A stretch of 64,000 bases of DNA from a virus (IMGVR_UViG_3300049919_000418:86928-150927); one strand, 5' to 3'; numbered from the stretch's first letter, positions 18,381 to 28,996 are shown. A program made the numbers and translations. Notes: generated from the sequence alone by a model not told the origin.

Positions 18381-19415
18381 ATGAAAGAGCAGAAATTATT
18401 AACCCGAACCGAATTCCGCGAAGGTTGCCTGAAAAGAGACGGCAACTGTTGCGTGATTTGCGGAGAGACAGAAAATCTGTCCGTTCATCACATCATTGAA
18501 CGAAGGCTTTTCGAAAACGGGGGATATTTCATACAAAATGGCGCAACTTTGTGTGGGCCATGCCACATTGCGGCGGAAACAACTGAGCTTTCGTGTTTCG
18601 ACATTCGGGCGGCGGCGAAAATTGATTTTATTTTGCTTCCAGAGGATTATTACCCGGATCACGAATATACAAAGTGGGGCGACGTTGTGATGCCAAACGG
18701 GACGAGAATGAAGGGGCCTCTTTTCGATGACGAAAGCGTTCAGAAGGTTTTGGCCATGGGGCCGAATTTAAATCTTTATACACATTATGTAAAATATGGA
18801 AGAACATACCATTTGCCATTCAGTGAGGGTGTTTCGAAAGACGACAGAGTTTTAAAGGACTGCAAGAATTTTGAAGGCAAAGAAGTCGTTGTTACAACAA
18901 AGTTAGACGGGGAAAATTCAAATTTATACCGTGACTACTTTCACGCTAGGTCAATTGACGGTAGAAACCATTGGTCAAGATCGTGGGTAAAGAATTTGCA
19001 CGCTAAGATATCTTATGAAATTCCTGATAAATGGAGATTGGTAGGAGAAAATTTATTTGCAAAGCATTCTATTAAATATACTGACTTGGAAAGTTTCTTT
19101 TATTTGTTTTCAGTCTGGAACGACAGAAACATTTGCCTGAGTTGGGACGAGACATGCGAATACGCGTCTCTGCTTGGCCTTGTAACCGCTCCTGTTCTTT
19201 ATCGTGGAGTTTGGGACGAAAAATTAATCAAGGGCCTCTACGACGATTCTAAGCGTGATTTTATGGAGGGATACGTTGTCAGAGTCGCCAGTGAATTCCA
19301 TTACAGGGACTTTTCTACAAGTATCGCAAAAAGAGTTAGGAAAAACCATGTTAATCCTGATAGCCATCATTGGTTTAGTAGCGCAATTGAAAAAAATGAA
19401 TTACGAATAAAATAA
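18381..19415 (+). CDS. HNH nuclease fused to a ligase-like nucleotidyltransferase domain
   Basis: N-terminal CVICGE..HHIIERR..CGPCH (HNH); central TTKLDGENSNLYR fits KxDG(x)R nucleotidyltransferase motif I. Confidence 0.45.
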   Translation: MKEQKLLTRTEFREGCLKRDGNCCVICGETENLSVHHIIERRLFENGGYFIQNGATLCGPCHIAAETTELSCFDIRAAAKIDFILLPEDYYPDHEYTKWGDVVMPNGTRMKGPLFDDESVQKVLAMGPNLNLYTHYVKYGRTYHLPFSEGVSKDDRVLKDCKNFEGKEVVVTTKLDGENSNLYRDYFHARSIDGRNHWSRSWVKNLHAKISYEIPDKWRLVGENLFAKHSIKYTDLESFFYLFSVWNDRNICLSWDETCEYASLLGLVTAPVLYRGVWDEKLIKGLYDDSKRDFMEGYVVRVASEFHYRDFSTSIAKRVRKNHVNPDSHHWFSSAIEKNELRIK

Positions 19416-19416
19416 T

Positions 19417-19821
19417 ATGGAAAAAGAAATAGATTACTTTGTAAGGAGTGACGGAACAAAATTCCTCAAAGAGGGTGACTTCTTTCTTATGGAGAGAACA
19501 AAAGAGCGGATGCCAACAATTTGGAAATCGTATTTATATAGAGAGAATTATCTTCTTTCTTGCGCTCCTGAAATTATTCCAATTTATAAAAATCCACCCG
19601 CGCCGCCGAAATGCGCCTGCGAGTGGTGTTCCCGCACCCACCCGAAGGTTAACGAAATACTTGCCGTTCTTCCAGAAGAATTAAAACCAATATTCGAAAA
19701 TATCGTTAGTCGCATGATGCACGCTGAAACCGACGCCGAATACTATCGTGCTTGTTTGCATGGGGATTGGCCGGGTTTCGAATGGATTAAAGAAGCGAAA
19801 ATTAAAGCAAATATAAAATGA
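19417..19821 (+). CDS. hypothetical protein
   Basis: 134-aa ORF. Confidence 0.35.
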   Translation: MEKEIDYFVRSDGTKFLKEGDFFLMERTKERMPTIWKSYLYRENYLLSCAPEIIPIYKNPPAPPKCACEWCSRTHPKVNEILAVLPEELKPIFENIVSRMMHAETDAEYYRACLHGDWPGFEWIKEAKIKANIK

Positions 19822-20072
19822 TTATACCAAGAGATAAAATTGAAAAAGAATACGCCACCCTTTGGGATAAGGGGTATGAAGTCGGATATCGTTCGCGCCC
19901 GCATGCAGATCAATTCCTTCAAACAGAGTGGAATAAGCGCGTTGTTTACGGAAAAGAACCTTATTTCGAGTTCAAAGCGTGGGAAGCGGGATATTGGAGT
20001 TCGCGCAGGGATTGCTTTTGGGGTCTTGGAAGGTTTGATGAGTACGCAAATGACGAATACGACGATTGATTT

Positions 20073-20441
20073 ATGAGTAATGATTTCTATCCGGACGATT
20101 GGAGCCCGAAGCTTGGGCAAGAGAAATCTATTCCAATTGAAAGAATAACAAAAAGAATTAGCCGCGCCAGTGGCAAACCCGGAATTGATTGTTTTCGCGG
20201 CACATTGTTTGGCAATCCTTTTACAAGTATTCGGGGCAAAAAAACGAAGGCCGAATTTATTGTTGATTCACTTGATGAATGTCTTGACAAACACAATATT
20301 TACTTTATAAATCGGGTTGAGACAGACGAGATTTTCAGAAAAGCCGTGCTTAACCTGCGCGGAGAGTCGTTAATTTGTTATTGTCGTGAAAGTGCGCGTT
20401 GCCATGTGGATAACATAATTGAGTGGATCGAAAATAATTAA
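20073..20441 (+). CDS. DUF4326-like protein
   Basis: GTLFGNPF ... CYCRESARCHVD as recalled for DUF4326. Confidence 0.35.
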   Translation: MSNDFYPDDWSPKLGQEKSIPIERITKRISRASGKPGIDCFRGTLFGNPFTSIRGKKTKAEFIVDSLDECLDKHNIYFINRVETDEIFRKAVLNLRGESLICYCRESARCHVDNIIEWIENN

Positions 20442-20452
20442 CAAAATCGGAT

Positions 20453-21058
20453 ATGAAGATTAATAAAACACCGCAAGAGTTTGGATATGTTATCCAACAT
20501 AATTTGTGTTTATTTTTGAGGGGTCCACTCAGTCAGTGGTGGTCGAGCTTCGCGGGCCAAGAGGGCGGCGGAATTAAAATTGAAGCTTATAAATTTTACT
20601 GCCCCGTTCACATGGGTGAGGTTTATAAATATATTTGTGAGCAATACGGGGTTGACGGAATCATGTCGTTCAACTGTCTTGAGCAATGGATGATGGCATG
20701 CAAAGCCGCCGTTTTTGACGACCTCGAAACCCTCAAGAAGATTATGGCGACTAATTATGCGAAAGAGCAAAAAGCTCTTGGGCGGCTAGTTAAAAACTAC
20801 GATCAAAAAGTTTGGGATCAGCATAAATATCATGTCGTTTTAACTGGAAATCAATTTAAGTTCGAACAAAACGAAAATGTTCGCGAATTTTTAATGCAAT
20901 TTAATAAAAATACTTTATTTGTTGAGTGCAATAAATATGACAAGGTTTGGGCATGCGGGCTGGCAATTGACGATCCAAGAGCGTTGGACGTTTATGCTTG
21001 GCAAGGGGAAAACCTACTTGGTGAGGTTATTCGAGAGGTTCGGCGCGGATTAAATTAA
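20453..21058 (+). CDS. hypothetical protein
   Basis: 201-aa ORF. Confidence 0.4.
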   Translation: MKINKTPQEFGYVIQHNLCLFLRGPLSQWWSSFAGQEGGGIKIEAYKFYCPVHMGEVYKYICEQYGVDGIMSFNCLEQWMMACKAAVFDDLETLKKIMATNYAKEQKALGRLVKNYDQKVWDQHKYHVVLTGNQFKFEQNENVREFLMQFNKNTLFVECNKYDKVWACGLAIDDPRALDVYAWQGENLLGEVIREVRRGLN

Positions 21059-21061
21059 GTC

Positions 21062-21445
21062 ATGCAGCAAAAAATTAAATTAAGCCCCGGAACATACTCG
21101 GGAAAGGATCAGCTTAAAAGCGACAAGGCCAACAAATTTATTGGGCGGGGCTCTTTTCGATCCTCCACGCATAAATATATGCTTGATTGGGGTGATTTGG
21201 CCAACTGCGGGGTTTATAAAAAAGACGACGTTGTTTTCGTTTCGGCAGAAGGAAACAGGTCTGGAAGATTAGCCCCAGATTTTGAAGAGGTTTCTAAGGC
21301 GATCCGTGTGGGGGTTACGTTTATAACGGACGACAAGCAAAATAGAAGCAGAGCTTATAATATTGGGGAAAGAGAAATAGAGGCTTATTTGGTTTCATTC
21401 GGATATGAAGAGGTGGAACCCGGAATGTGGAGGGAAACAGCGTGA
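21062..21445 (+). CDS. hypothetical protein
   Basis: 127-aa ORF. Confidence 0.35.
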   Translation: MQQKIKLSPGTYSGKDQLKSDKANKFIGRGSFRSSTHKYMLDWGDLANCGVYKKDDVVFVSAEGNRSGRLAPDFEEVSKAIRVGVTFITDDKQNRSRAYNIGEREIEAYLVSFGYEEVEPGMWRETA

Positions 21446-21825
21446 GATTCAAAATTTTCAGCATTAAATTAGACGCATACGTTGACTCCAGCGAGTATTT
21501 TCTTAACGGGGCGGGCGACGTATTCTTTTTTGATCTAATGGACGGCGAATTGGTTAAGGGAAACCGGGCAGATTTTACTATCAAACAATTTACGGGATGC
21601 CTTGACAAAAATGGAAGGGAAATATACGAGGGCGACGTTTGCAAATGGTGGTGGGATAGCGAAGAAGATGGCTGCGGAATTGGTTGTGGCGGGTTAATCA
21701 TTCAGGAAGAACCCGTAATTATTGAAAAAATAAATTCTTTTTTTGGGTTCAGGGCGGCGACAAAGAACTATTGTTTGAATGGGCCTGAATTTCATTCGGA
21801 ACAAGAGCTTGAAATTATCGGATGA
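21427..21825 (+). CDS. hypothetical protein
   Basis: 132-aa ORF. Confidence 0.35.
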   Translation: MEGNSVRFKIFSIKLDAYVDSSEYFLNGAGDVFFFDLMDGELVKGNRADFTIKQFTGCLDKNGREIYEGDVCKWWWDSEEDGCGIGCGGLIIQEEPVIIEKINSFFGFRAATKNYCLNGPEFHSEQELEIIG

Positions 21826-22574
21826 TTTTATTCCAAACTGATTATTTTGAAGATGAACTTCCTCTATGGGAAGCGGTTGGCGCAAAATGTATAACAGGAT
21901 TATGCCGGGACGAAGACATAACCGAATTCGGCCCAATTATTCCACGAGGAACGATTGCGTTTTTTAATAGTGTTAAATTCTCCCTTCGCAACAAGGGATA
22001 TCCCGATATTACATGGCCGTTTAACAACAATTGGAATCGCTATTCCTATTTAAGTTGGACAAGCTGTGACGATTTATTAAATAATGATTTTAAAACATTT
22101 TACGGCTTCGAAGATTTAAAAAAACATATTAAAATTAATGGGCCGCGATGGGTTAGAAGTAATTCCGGCAGTAAGATTTTCACCGGGGGAGTTTTCGACT
22201 TAGAGAGTATCATTGTTGAGGAAGAATATTTCAAACAGCACGGCGGGACAAATGTGGAGTTTGTTGCCGCAAGTCCAAAACAAATAGATAAGGAATGGAG
22301 ACTAATTATCGTTGGCGGCGAAATCGTTTGTTCGTCAATGTATATGTATAAGGGCGAACCGAACGAAAAGCGCGGCGCACCAAATAATTTGTTGCTTTTT
22401 GCAGAAGGATGGGTTAAAAAACACGCGCACCTTTTCGTTCATTCCTATACGATGGATATTTGCGATTCTGGAGGACGATATTTTTTGGTGGAGGTTAATA
22501 ACCTCTTAACTTCAGGCTGGTATTTCGCAGACAAAGAAAAAATAATTAATAAAATAGTAAACATTAAAAAATGA
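21822..22574 (+). CDS. hypothetical protein
   Basis: 250-aa ORF with ATGA overlaps on both sides. Confidence 0.4.
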   Translation: MILFQTDYFEDELPLWEAVGAKCITGLCRDEDITEFGPIIPRGTIAFFNSVKFSLRNKGYPDITWPFNNNWNRYSYLSWTSCDDLLNNDFKTFYGFEDLKKHIKINGPRWVRSNSGSKIFTGGVFDLESIIVEEEYFKQHGGTNVEFVAASPKQIDKEWRLIIVGGEIVCSSMYMYKGEPNEKRGAPNNLLLFAEGWVKKHAHLFVHSYTMDICDSGGRYFLVEVNNLLTSGWYFADKEKIINKIVNIKK

Positions 22575-23389
22575 TCAGCGCCAAAATAATTGCAGACAGC
22601 GTTTCGCACGCCAATAAACGTATCACAACTTTTGAATTGGAGTTTCCAAAATACCTGTTGGCCGAGTTCAACACGCATAGAATGCTTTCTCGAAACGCAG
22701 CCAGTTCAAGGGCGATCCCAGTCGAAACGACTATTCGACAAATTGAAAATGACCCCGCTGTGCCTATTTTTTGGGGAAAAAACCAAGCGGGCATGTCGGC
22801 TAAAGAAGAGCTTAATTTGGCTGACCAAATTCAAGCAAGGCAAATTTGGTTAGAGGCCCGTGATGAAGCGATTAAACACGTTAGGCGATTGGTGGGGCTT
22901 GGGCTCCACAAGCAAACAGCCAATAGAATTTTAGAATGCTGGGTGACAGTTAAGGTCGTTGCAACGGCAACCGATTGGGATAATTTTTTTCACCTTAGAA
23001 ATCATTCCGATGCTCAACCGGAAATTCACGAGCTTGCGCGGCAGATGGTTCAATTGTATTACAATAATGATCCAAAGCTTTTGGCGTATGGTCAATGGCA
23101 CCTTCCTTATGTTGACCAAGGAGAGTTTAAAGGCGAATCTGTTGAAAATTTACTTAAGCTTTCGACATCTCTTTGCGCTCAAACGTCATATAGAAAGGCC
23201 GACGACTCTATTGAGAAAGCTGTCATTATTTATGATAAATTGGTAACTTCCGTTCCTGTTCACAGTTCACCAACTGAGCATCAAGCTACGCCCCTTGAGG
23301 ATGTTAACGAGGTTTCGGGCAATCTTCGAGGCTGGAAACAATTTAGAAGTTTAATTCCAAAAAATACTTGTTATAGTTACGATCCATGA
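22571..23389 (+). CDS. thyX: flavin-dependent thymidylate synthase ThyX
   Basis: ThyX signature RHRMLSRNAASSRAIP (RHRxxSxxxxSxR); 272 aa. Confidence 0.8.
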   Translation: MISAKIIADSVSHANKRITTFELEFPKYLLAEFNTHRMLSRNAASSRAIPVETTIRQIENDPAVPIFWGKNQAGMSAKEELNLADQIQARQIWLEARDEAIKHVRRLVGLGLHKQTANRILECWVTVKVVATATDWDNFFHLRNHSDAQPEIHELARQMVQLYYNNDPKLLAYGQWHLPYVDQGEFKGESVENLLKLSTSLCAQTSYRKADDSIEKAVIIYDKLVTSVPVHSSPTEHQATPLEDVNEVSGNLRGWKQFRSLIPKNTCYSYDP

Positions 23390-23674
23390 TGGCCCAATTA
23401 TTCGTGATGGCAATGGTTCCATTGTTGGAGATTATTGCGACCCTGACAAGGCTCCCAATCAGGGTGCGTTTATCAAAACAATCAAAAAATAGCAGAATAT
23501 CTTATATATGAATATAAAATCAGCAATCAAAAGGCTCGAAAAACAAAAAATATTGCTTGGAGTGCGACGAGACGCTTTGCGTGAACTTGCGTCCGAGTTA
23601 GAAGATTTAAAAGAAACATGTGAAACCGCCTACGACGATCTTGATAGGGTGATTGACAAACTTAGCGAATTGGT

Positions 23675-23968
23675 ATGAGTAAAAATAATATTACGGGTGC
23701 GGATATCCAAACAAAATCGTATTCAAAAGATGGGCGCGAAAATCACGATTTTATATTTAGAAAACAAAATGCGACCCAATGGTGCAAGGAAATTTATAAT
23801 GACGAAAGTGTAATCATTGATGGAGACGGATTTCGCTGGAACGATGGGGTAACGATGGAAACGCCGATTAATCGTGCCGAATTTGATCGAAGATTTCAGC
23901 ATTGCACCGTAAAGTTGAGGCTTTTTCCAGTGGAGGGGGACGGGTTTCAGATTTTGGATGGAAAATAA
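23675..23968 (+). CDS. hypothetical protein
   Basis: 97-aa ORF. Confidence 0.3.
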   Translation: MSKNNITGADIQTKSYSKDGRENHDFIFRKQNATQWCKEIYNDESVIIDGDGFRWNDGVTMETPINRAEFDRRFQHCTVKLRLFPVEGDGFQILDGK

Positions 23969-24005
23969 AGCTTGCAAGGCTCGAAGAATTAATTAATGTT
24001 GCGGC

Positions 24006-24818
24006 ATGCCAAAATTTTTACAACAAGGAAAAGAAATGAAAACACTTATATTTGGATCAACCGCACTTAAACATTTTTACCCGGAATTTAGAGAACCGGG
24101 CGACTTGGATATTATGTCCCCAGAGCCTAAAATGGAAAGGCTGGAGCAGCACTATTGGATTCCCGAGTTTGAAGAGTTAATTAAAAGCAACAAGGATGAC
24201 AAATATCTTGATCCTGACAAAATGTTGACACTAAAGGCTTCTCATTCCGGCTTTGGAATGCATTGGCAGAAAACGATGTCCGATATTGTGTTTTTAAAAT
24301 CCAAGGGGTTCAAAATGGATAAACCCCTTTACTATAAGCTCGTTAAGGCGTGGAAAAGGGTTCACGGAGTCAAGTGGGCCAGCTTAAAAGATAAGGACTC
24401 GGAAAGCTTCTTTAAGGATGCCGTTAAAAGAAAATATATCCACGATGATTTGCACCTTTGCTGTGCTTATTATGATGAACCTCTTTATTTTAAAATACTA
24501 AAAGACGGAAGCGGAAGCGTGAATTGCTGCGAAAATAAATTTAATTTATTGAGTTATGAAGATCAAATTAAACTGGTTAAAGAAGAAGTTTTCGTAACCG
24601 CACTTGAAAGGTACTTAATTGTTAACGAATTTGGTTTTAGTCGCAAGTTGGCTTATCACCGTTCACTGCAAAAACTCATGGTTTCTATGTCGTCGGGGTG
24701 GTTTAAATATTTTATGATTGATAATTATGAAGATTTGCGAAGTCATAAGGATATGTCCTTTGTGGAAAAATTTAAAGAATGGGAAAAGGCCGGAAAGCTT
24801 CGGCTGGTTGAAAAATGA
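24006..24818 (+). CDS. hypothetical protein
   Basis: 270-aa ORF. Confidence 0.4.
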   Translation: MPKFLQQGKEMKTLIFGSTALKHFYPEFREPGDLDIMSPEPKMERLEQHYWIPEFEELIKSNKDDKYLDPDKMLTLKASHSGFGMHWQKTMSDIVFLKSKGFKMDKPLYYKLVKAWKRVHGVKWASLKDKDSESFFKDAVKRKYIHDDLHLCCAYYDEPLYFKILKDGSGSVNCCENKFNLLSYEDQIKLVKEEVFVTALERYLIVNEFGFSRKLAYHRSLQKLMVSMSSGWFKYFMIDNYEDLRSHKDMSFVEKFKEWEKAGKLRLVEK

Positions 24819-24936
24819 GTTCGGGGTATTTTAAATTTTTTATCCTTGACAATTACGATAAACTCTATATTAATCGCGACTCAACTTACATTGAAAAATT
24901 CAAAATAGCAGAAAAAAACAAACAATTAAGATTGGC

Positions 24937-25380
24937 ATGAACCAAAAAGAGCTGGAAAATTTTGAGGCTTCTTTTGAGCCTACCACGCCAAAGATTAAAA
25001 AATTACTGGAGTTTGCGGATGAGCTTAACAATTACTACGGGGAGGAAGCGGACGATCTTTTTGATGTAGAAATTCAAGAGAGGTTTGGTGCGGCTTACGA
25101 AACCCTAACGGAGGAGTCGTATCGGGGTTCGAAACCGGAACCTTTTGTTTTCGGCGGGTGGAATTTGCTCTGCAAGGAACAGGACGGCGGCGAAGGTCAG
25201 GGTGACGATTATTGGGTTGTTATCGAAGCTGCAAAAAAGGGCGAGGAATCGAAATTCTTCAAAGTTCCCGGATGGTATTCATCTGGCAACGGAAGCGAGT
25301 TAACATTTAGCGAAACCTTCCGTGTTCAACCCGTTCAAGTTTTGGTAAATCAGTGGCAAAAATATAAAAAACAAAAATAA
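24937..25380 (+). CDS. hypothetical protein, paralogue A of tandem pair
   Basis: EGQGDDYWVVIEAAKKGEESKFFKVPGWYSSGNG similar to downstream ORF. Confidence 0.4.
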   Translation: MNQKELENFEASFEPTTPKIKKLLEFADELNNYYGEEADDLFDVEIQERFGAAYETLTEESYRGSKPEPFVFGGWNLLCKEQDGGEGQGDDYWVVIEAAKKGEESKFFKVPGWYSSGNGSELTFSETFRVQPVQVLVNQWQKYKKQK

Positions 25381-25760
25381 TGGAAAACGAAGTGGAGATT
25401 AAAGAGGAATTCGTTCTTTCGGAAGAAAGCGTTCGCGAATTGGTGTTGGGTTGGAGAAGGAACCGGGATGATACCGAGTTTCTTACCGAAAAATATAATC
25501 CAGCTTACAGTTGGGGCAAACCTGAAGAGCATTTTGGATATACCTTTGGTAACGAAGAAACACACGGTGGCAGCGAGGGAGACGGGGAAGAATATTGGGT
25601 TGTCTTTTCCGCTAAAAAAGATGGCGTCAAAACTTACTACAAGATTCCCGGATATTACGCTTCTTACGACGGCGGAAACCTTGATTGGGGATACCTTTTT
25701 GAGGTCGAGCCATATGAAAAAACCGGTCTCGACTGGAGAGCTCCGACGAAAAAAGATTAA
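25380..25760 (+). CDS. hypothetical protein, paralogue B of tandem pair
   Basis: SEGDGEEYWVVFSAKKDGVKTYYKIPGYYASYDGG similar to upstream ORF. Confidence 0.4.
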   Translation: MENEVEIKEEFVLSEESVRELVLGWRRNRDDTEFLTEKYNPAYSWGKPEEHFGYTFGNEETHGGSEGDGEEYWVVFSAKKDGVKTYYKIPGYYASYDGGNLDWGYLFEVEPYEKTGLDWRAPTKKD

Positions 25761-25766
25761 AAATAG

Positions 25767-26489
25767 ATGGTGCGCGAAATTAAATGTGAATTAATTGTTT
25801 TGATTGGGGATATCCACGGCGAGTGGCAATCCCTCTACAAGAAAATTGAGCATAACAAACTGAAAGATTGCCTCATGATTCAAGTGGGCGATCTTGGCGC
25901 GGGATTTCACGGCGGACTCGACCGTGATTTCACCAAGCGCAATCGGTGGTTCAAATCGCGCAACATTGAATTTTTGGCAATTAGAGGTAATCACGACAGC
26001 CCCGCTTATTTTGACGGGCATGTAAATTTTAGTAATTTTAAACTATTAAAAGATTACACGCAACTCAAGATTAACAACGAACTTTGGTTGTTTGTTGGCG
26101 GGGCGGTTTCGGTTGATCGAAAAGCGATTGATTCCTACGGCGACCCCTATCGATTAGAAGGACGTAGTTGGTGGAAGGATGAAATTTTTGTTCTTGACGA
26201 AAGCCGTGCGGTGCGTTGTGATGTTTTGGTGACTCACACTTGTCCGCAATGGACTGGACCTAACGTAAAAAGTCAATTCGTTGCAGGATACTTTGATCGA
26301 GACGTTCATTTGTTGCACGATTTAAACGAAGAGCGTAGGCTTGTAACAATTCTCTATGACGACCTTTGTAGGCCCAAAAAAGCCTTTCAGGGGCATATGC
26401 ATCGTAGCGAGTGGATTAAGCATCATACGCACAATTATGAGTGTGATTCGAGAATCTTGGACATTTTGGAATTCGCAGAATACAGATGA
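25767..26489 (+). CDS. calcineurin-like metallophosphoesterase
   Basis: VLIGDIHGEW (GDxHG) and IRGNHD (GNH[DE]) motifs. Confidence 0.6.
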   Translation: MVREIKCELIVLIGDIHGEWQSLYKKIEHNKLKDCLMIQVGDLGAGFHGGLDRDFTKRNRWFKSRNIEFLAIRGNHDSPAYFDGHVNFSNFKLLKDYTQLKINNELWLFVGGAVSVDRKAIDSYGDPYRLEGRSWWKDEIFVLDESRAVRCDVLVTHTCPQWTGPNVKSQFVAGYFDRDVHLLHDLNEERRLVTILYDDLCRPKKAFQGHMHRSEWIKHHTHNYECDSRILDILEFAEYR

Positions 26490-26818
26490 AAGTTAAGTTA
26501 ATGATCGACCACAAAGCAATCTATCACACGATTATCGCAACTCGTTCTGCGGCAAAAATGTCCGCGATCAAGGTGCAACCAACAATGATCAAAATCAACG
26601 GCGAGTTGTTTTTCACAGAAAAAGGTAAAAGCCTTTGGAAAACTCCGGGACATGCTAAATCGGCCCTGAGAAACGACATGGCCAACTATTTTTATCGTTA
26701 TGAGAACCGCAACGTTAGTTACACGGTGCGAGAGGACATCATTTTGGAGGTGATGGCGGCGGCGGAATTTATTTCCGTTGAAATCTCAAAAGAGATGATG
26801 AGTAATTTAAAGTTTTGA
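26486..26818 (+). CDS. hypothetical protein
   Basis: 110-aa ORF. Confidence 0.35.
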   Translation: MKVKLMIDHKAIYHTIIATRSAAKMSAIKVQPTMIKINGELFFTEKGKSLWKTPGHAKSALRNDMANYFYRYENRNVSYTVREDIILEVMAAAEFISVEISKEMMSNLKF

Positions 26819-27183
26819 AAGATATCAAATTAATTCCCCGCGCTTCCTCCTACCAAGAATGGGCGGATGTAACGTGCGACGCCCTTGGAAAACCAAGGCG
26901 TCCGAATGCGCGGCCCGATGAACTTTTACTTAATTTATTAAATTTAAACAATATGGAAAAAACAAAAATACTATGCAGCGCCCAATGGTGCGTGCCTTGC
27001 CAAGGACTTAAGAAACAGTTGGCGGCGAGGGAAATCGTAATGGAAATCAAGGACGCGGATGATGATCGCCAGTTTTTTATTGATCATGGCGTTAAAAGCG
27101 TGCCAACTCTGTTGGTTTTTGAGAACGGTCTTTTGCTTGAAAAGGTTACGGGATCGTTTGAAATTTTAAAGCAGCTTCCATGA
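26815..27183 (+). CDS. thioredoxin-like protein
   Basis: active-site WCVPC (CxxC). Confidence 0.55.
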   Translation: MKDIKLIPRASSYQEWADVTCDALGKPRRPNARPDELLLNLLNLNNMEKTKILCSAQWCVPCQGLKKQLAAREIVMEIKDADDDRQFFIDHGVKSVPTLLVFENGLLLEKVTGSFEILKQLP

Positions 27184-27633
27184 AAGGTTTTTTAATTAAT
27201 TGCGTTAACTGGAGTTTCGAATCTCACGCAATTTCAATGCCCGGTTGGGCATGGATTGTTGCTCCAATTATCGGGACGATTGCTTTATGGTTTATTATCG
27301 CCCTTGTTGTTGGGGGGATAATCGAGCACGTTTTTGGTGGATTTTGGAATCGATAAATATCAATACGTCCAAAGGCATTCTTTGAATTTTTTTCGAAAAC
27401 CTTTTAAAACCCTTAAAACTGGAGAAAAGTTTTTAAGACCGTAGAACACTACGATTTCTTTAGAATCCTTCCAAACTTTTATTAAATTTCCTTCTAGGTC
27501 AAACTGCTTAATGTTTTCTATTTTTTTTCGATAGTTATTTCCAATAGATTTTTCTCGAAGGAGCTCTGAACGCTCCTCGCAATAATGATAAAAAATCCTT
27601 GACTTTTTAAAAAAAATATCGTAAATTCCGCTT

Positions 27634-28995
27634 ATGCGTTTATCAAAATCAGAAAATCACAGTCCAAATTATCTCGCCACCGTAGTAATGCTTGATAATT
27701 TAAAAGATCACCCCGGCGCTGACCGCTTAGAAATTGTAGAATTATTCGGCGGAAATGTTATCGTTGGGAAGGGAATTTATTCCTTGGGGGAGACCCTTGT
27801 ATATTTCCCGATTGAGTCTAGCCTTGATGCGGAGTTCTTGTCTTGGGCAAATTTATTTGATGAAAACACTTTGAACGCTGACGGAGTTACAAAATCCTTT
27901 TTTCAAGCGAAGGGGCGGCGGGTGAAGCCTCTGAAATTACGCGGCATTCCAAGCGAAGGATTTTTGTATCCCGCGAACAAGCTTGCTGAGTTTTGCAAGG
28001 TTGATGTTTCTATTTTTAAGATTGGCGAATCTTTCGATCAAATCGGAGAGAAAGTCATTCTGGAAAAATGGATTTCTGGCGGCAAACAAAACGAACCTGT
28101 TGAGAAGAAAGTAAAAATTCCAGCGTGGATTCAAAAACTGCCGCGCCCGATTAGAAAATTCATTGGAAATCGTTTTTACAGCGCGAGGGACGAAGGAATC
28201 AAATCCGCCATCGTCGCGGGACAGTTCAATTTTCACTACGACACAAATAATCTCGGAAAGTCCCATTTCGTTGTAAAACCAGACGATCAAATCACTATTT
28301 CTGATAAATGGCATGGCACTTCCGCAGTTTTTGCTAACGTGCTTTGTTATCGCCAACGTAAGTGGTGGGAAAAAGCGATTGGTGTTCCATTTGAAAAGCT
28401 TTCAAAAGAATACAAACTTATTTATTCAAGCCGAAGCGTTATCAAAAACCGCAAAGATGGCAAGTGGACTAATGATCCGTGGGGCCGTTGGGCAGAAATC
28501 GTTGAGAGTAAAGGAATTCCAGATGGGGTCACAATTTATTCTGAGATTGTCGGCTATGTAAATAGCGGCAAGATGATCCAAAAAAATTACGATTACGGAT
28601 ATACGCCGGGTCAAAATGGAATGCATATTTACCGGATTTCTCACACTGACGGCGCGGGCAAGATTAATGAATTTTCTTTTGAAGAAATTCTTGACTTTTG
28701 CGCCACTTACGATTTGAAAGCCACTCCGGTTCTTTATCAAGGTAAAGCGGGCAAACTGTTTCCTGAAATTCCAAACGATGAAAATTGGAGCAAAGAGTTT
28801 GTTAAAAAGCTTGGCGAGAAATACCTTGAAAAGAATTGTGAATTCTGCAAAACTAAGGTGCCAGCGGAAGGCGTTGTTTTAAAGCTTGAATCCAAAGAAG
28901 GGCGACCTGTTTTCAAGCACAAGTCTTTCGCCTTCAAAAGCAAGGAAAGCGCTGAGCGCGATAAGGGGGAATCTAACTTGGAGGAAGAAAGTTAG
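27634..28995 (+). CDS. ATP-dependent RNA ligase, Rnl2-like
   Basis: EKWHGTSAV fits Rnl2 motif I K-x-HG-T/N. Confidence 0.45.
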   Translation: MRLSKSENHSPNYLATVVMLDNLKDHPGADRLEIVELFGGNVIVGKGIYSLGETLVYFPIESSLDAEFLSWANLFDENTLNADGVTKSFFQAKGRRVKPLKLRGIPSEGFLYPANKLAEFCKVDVSIFKIGESFDQIGEKVILEKWISGGKQNEPVEKKVKIPAWIQKLPRPIRKFIGNRFYSARDEGIKSAIVAGQFNFHYDTNNLGKSHFVVKPDDQITISDKWHGTSAVFANVLCYRQRKWWEKAIGVPFEKLSKEYKLIYSSRSVIKNRKDGKWTNDPWGRWAEIVESKGIPDGVTIYSEIVGYVNSGKMIQKNYDYGYTPGQNGMHIYRISHTDGAGKINEFSFEEILDFCATYDLKATPVLYQGKAGKLFPEIPNDENWSKEFVKKLGEKYLEKNCEFCKTKVPAEGVVLKLESKEGRPVFKHKSFAFKSKESAERDKGESNLEEES

Positions 28996-28996
28996 T

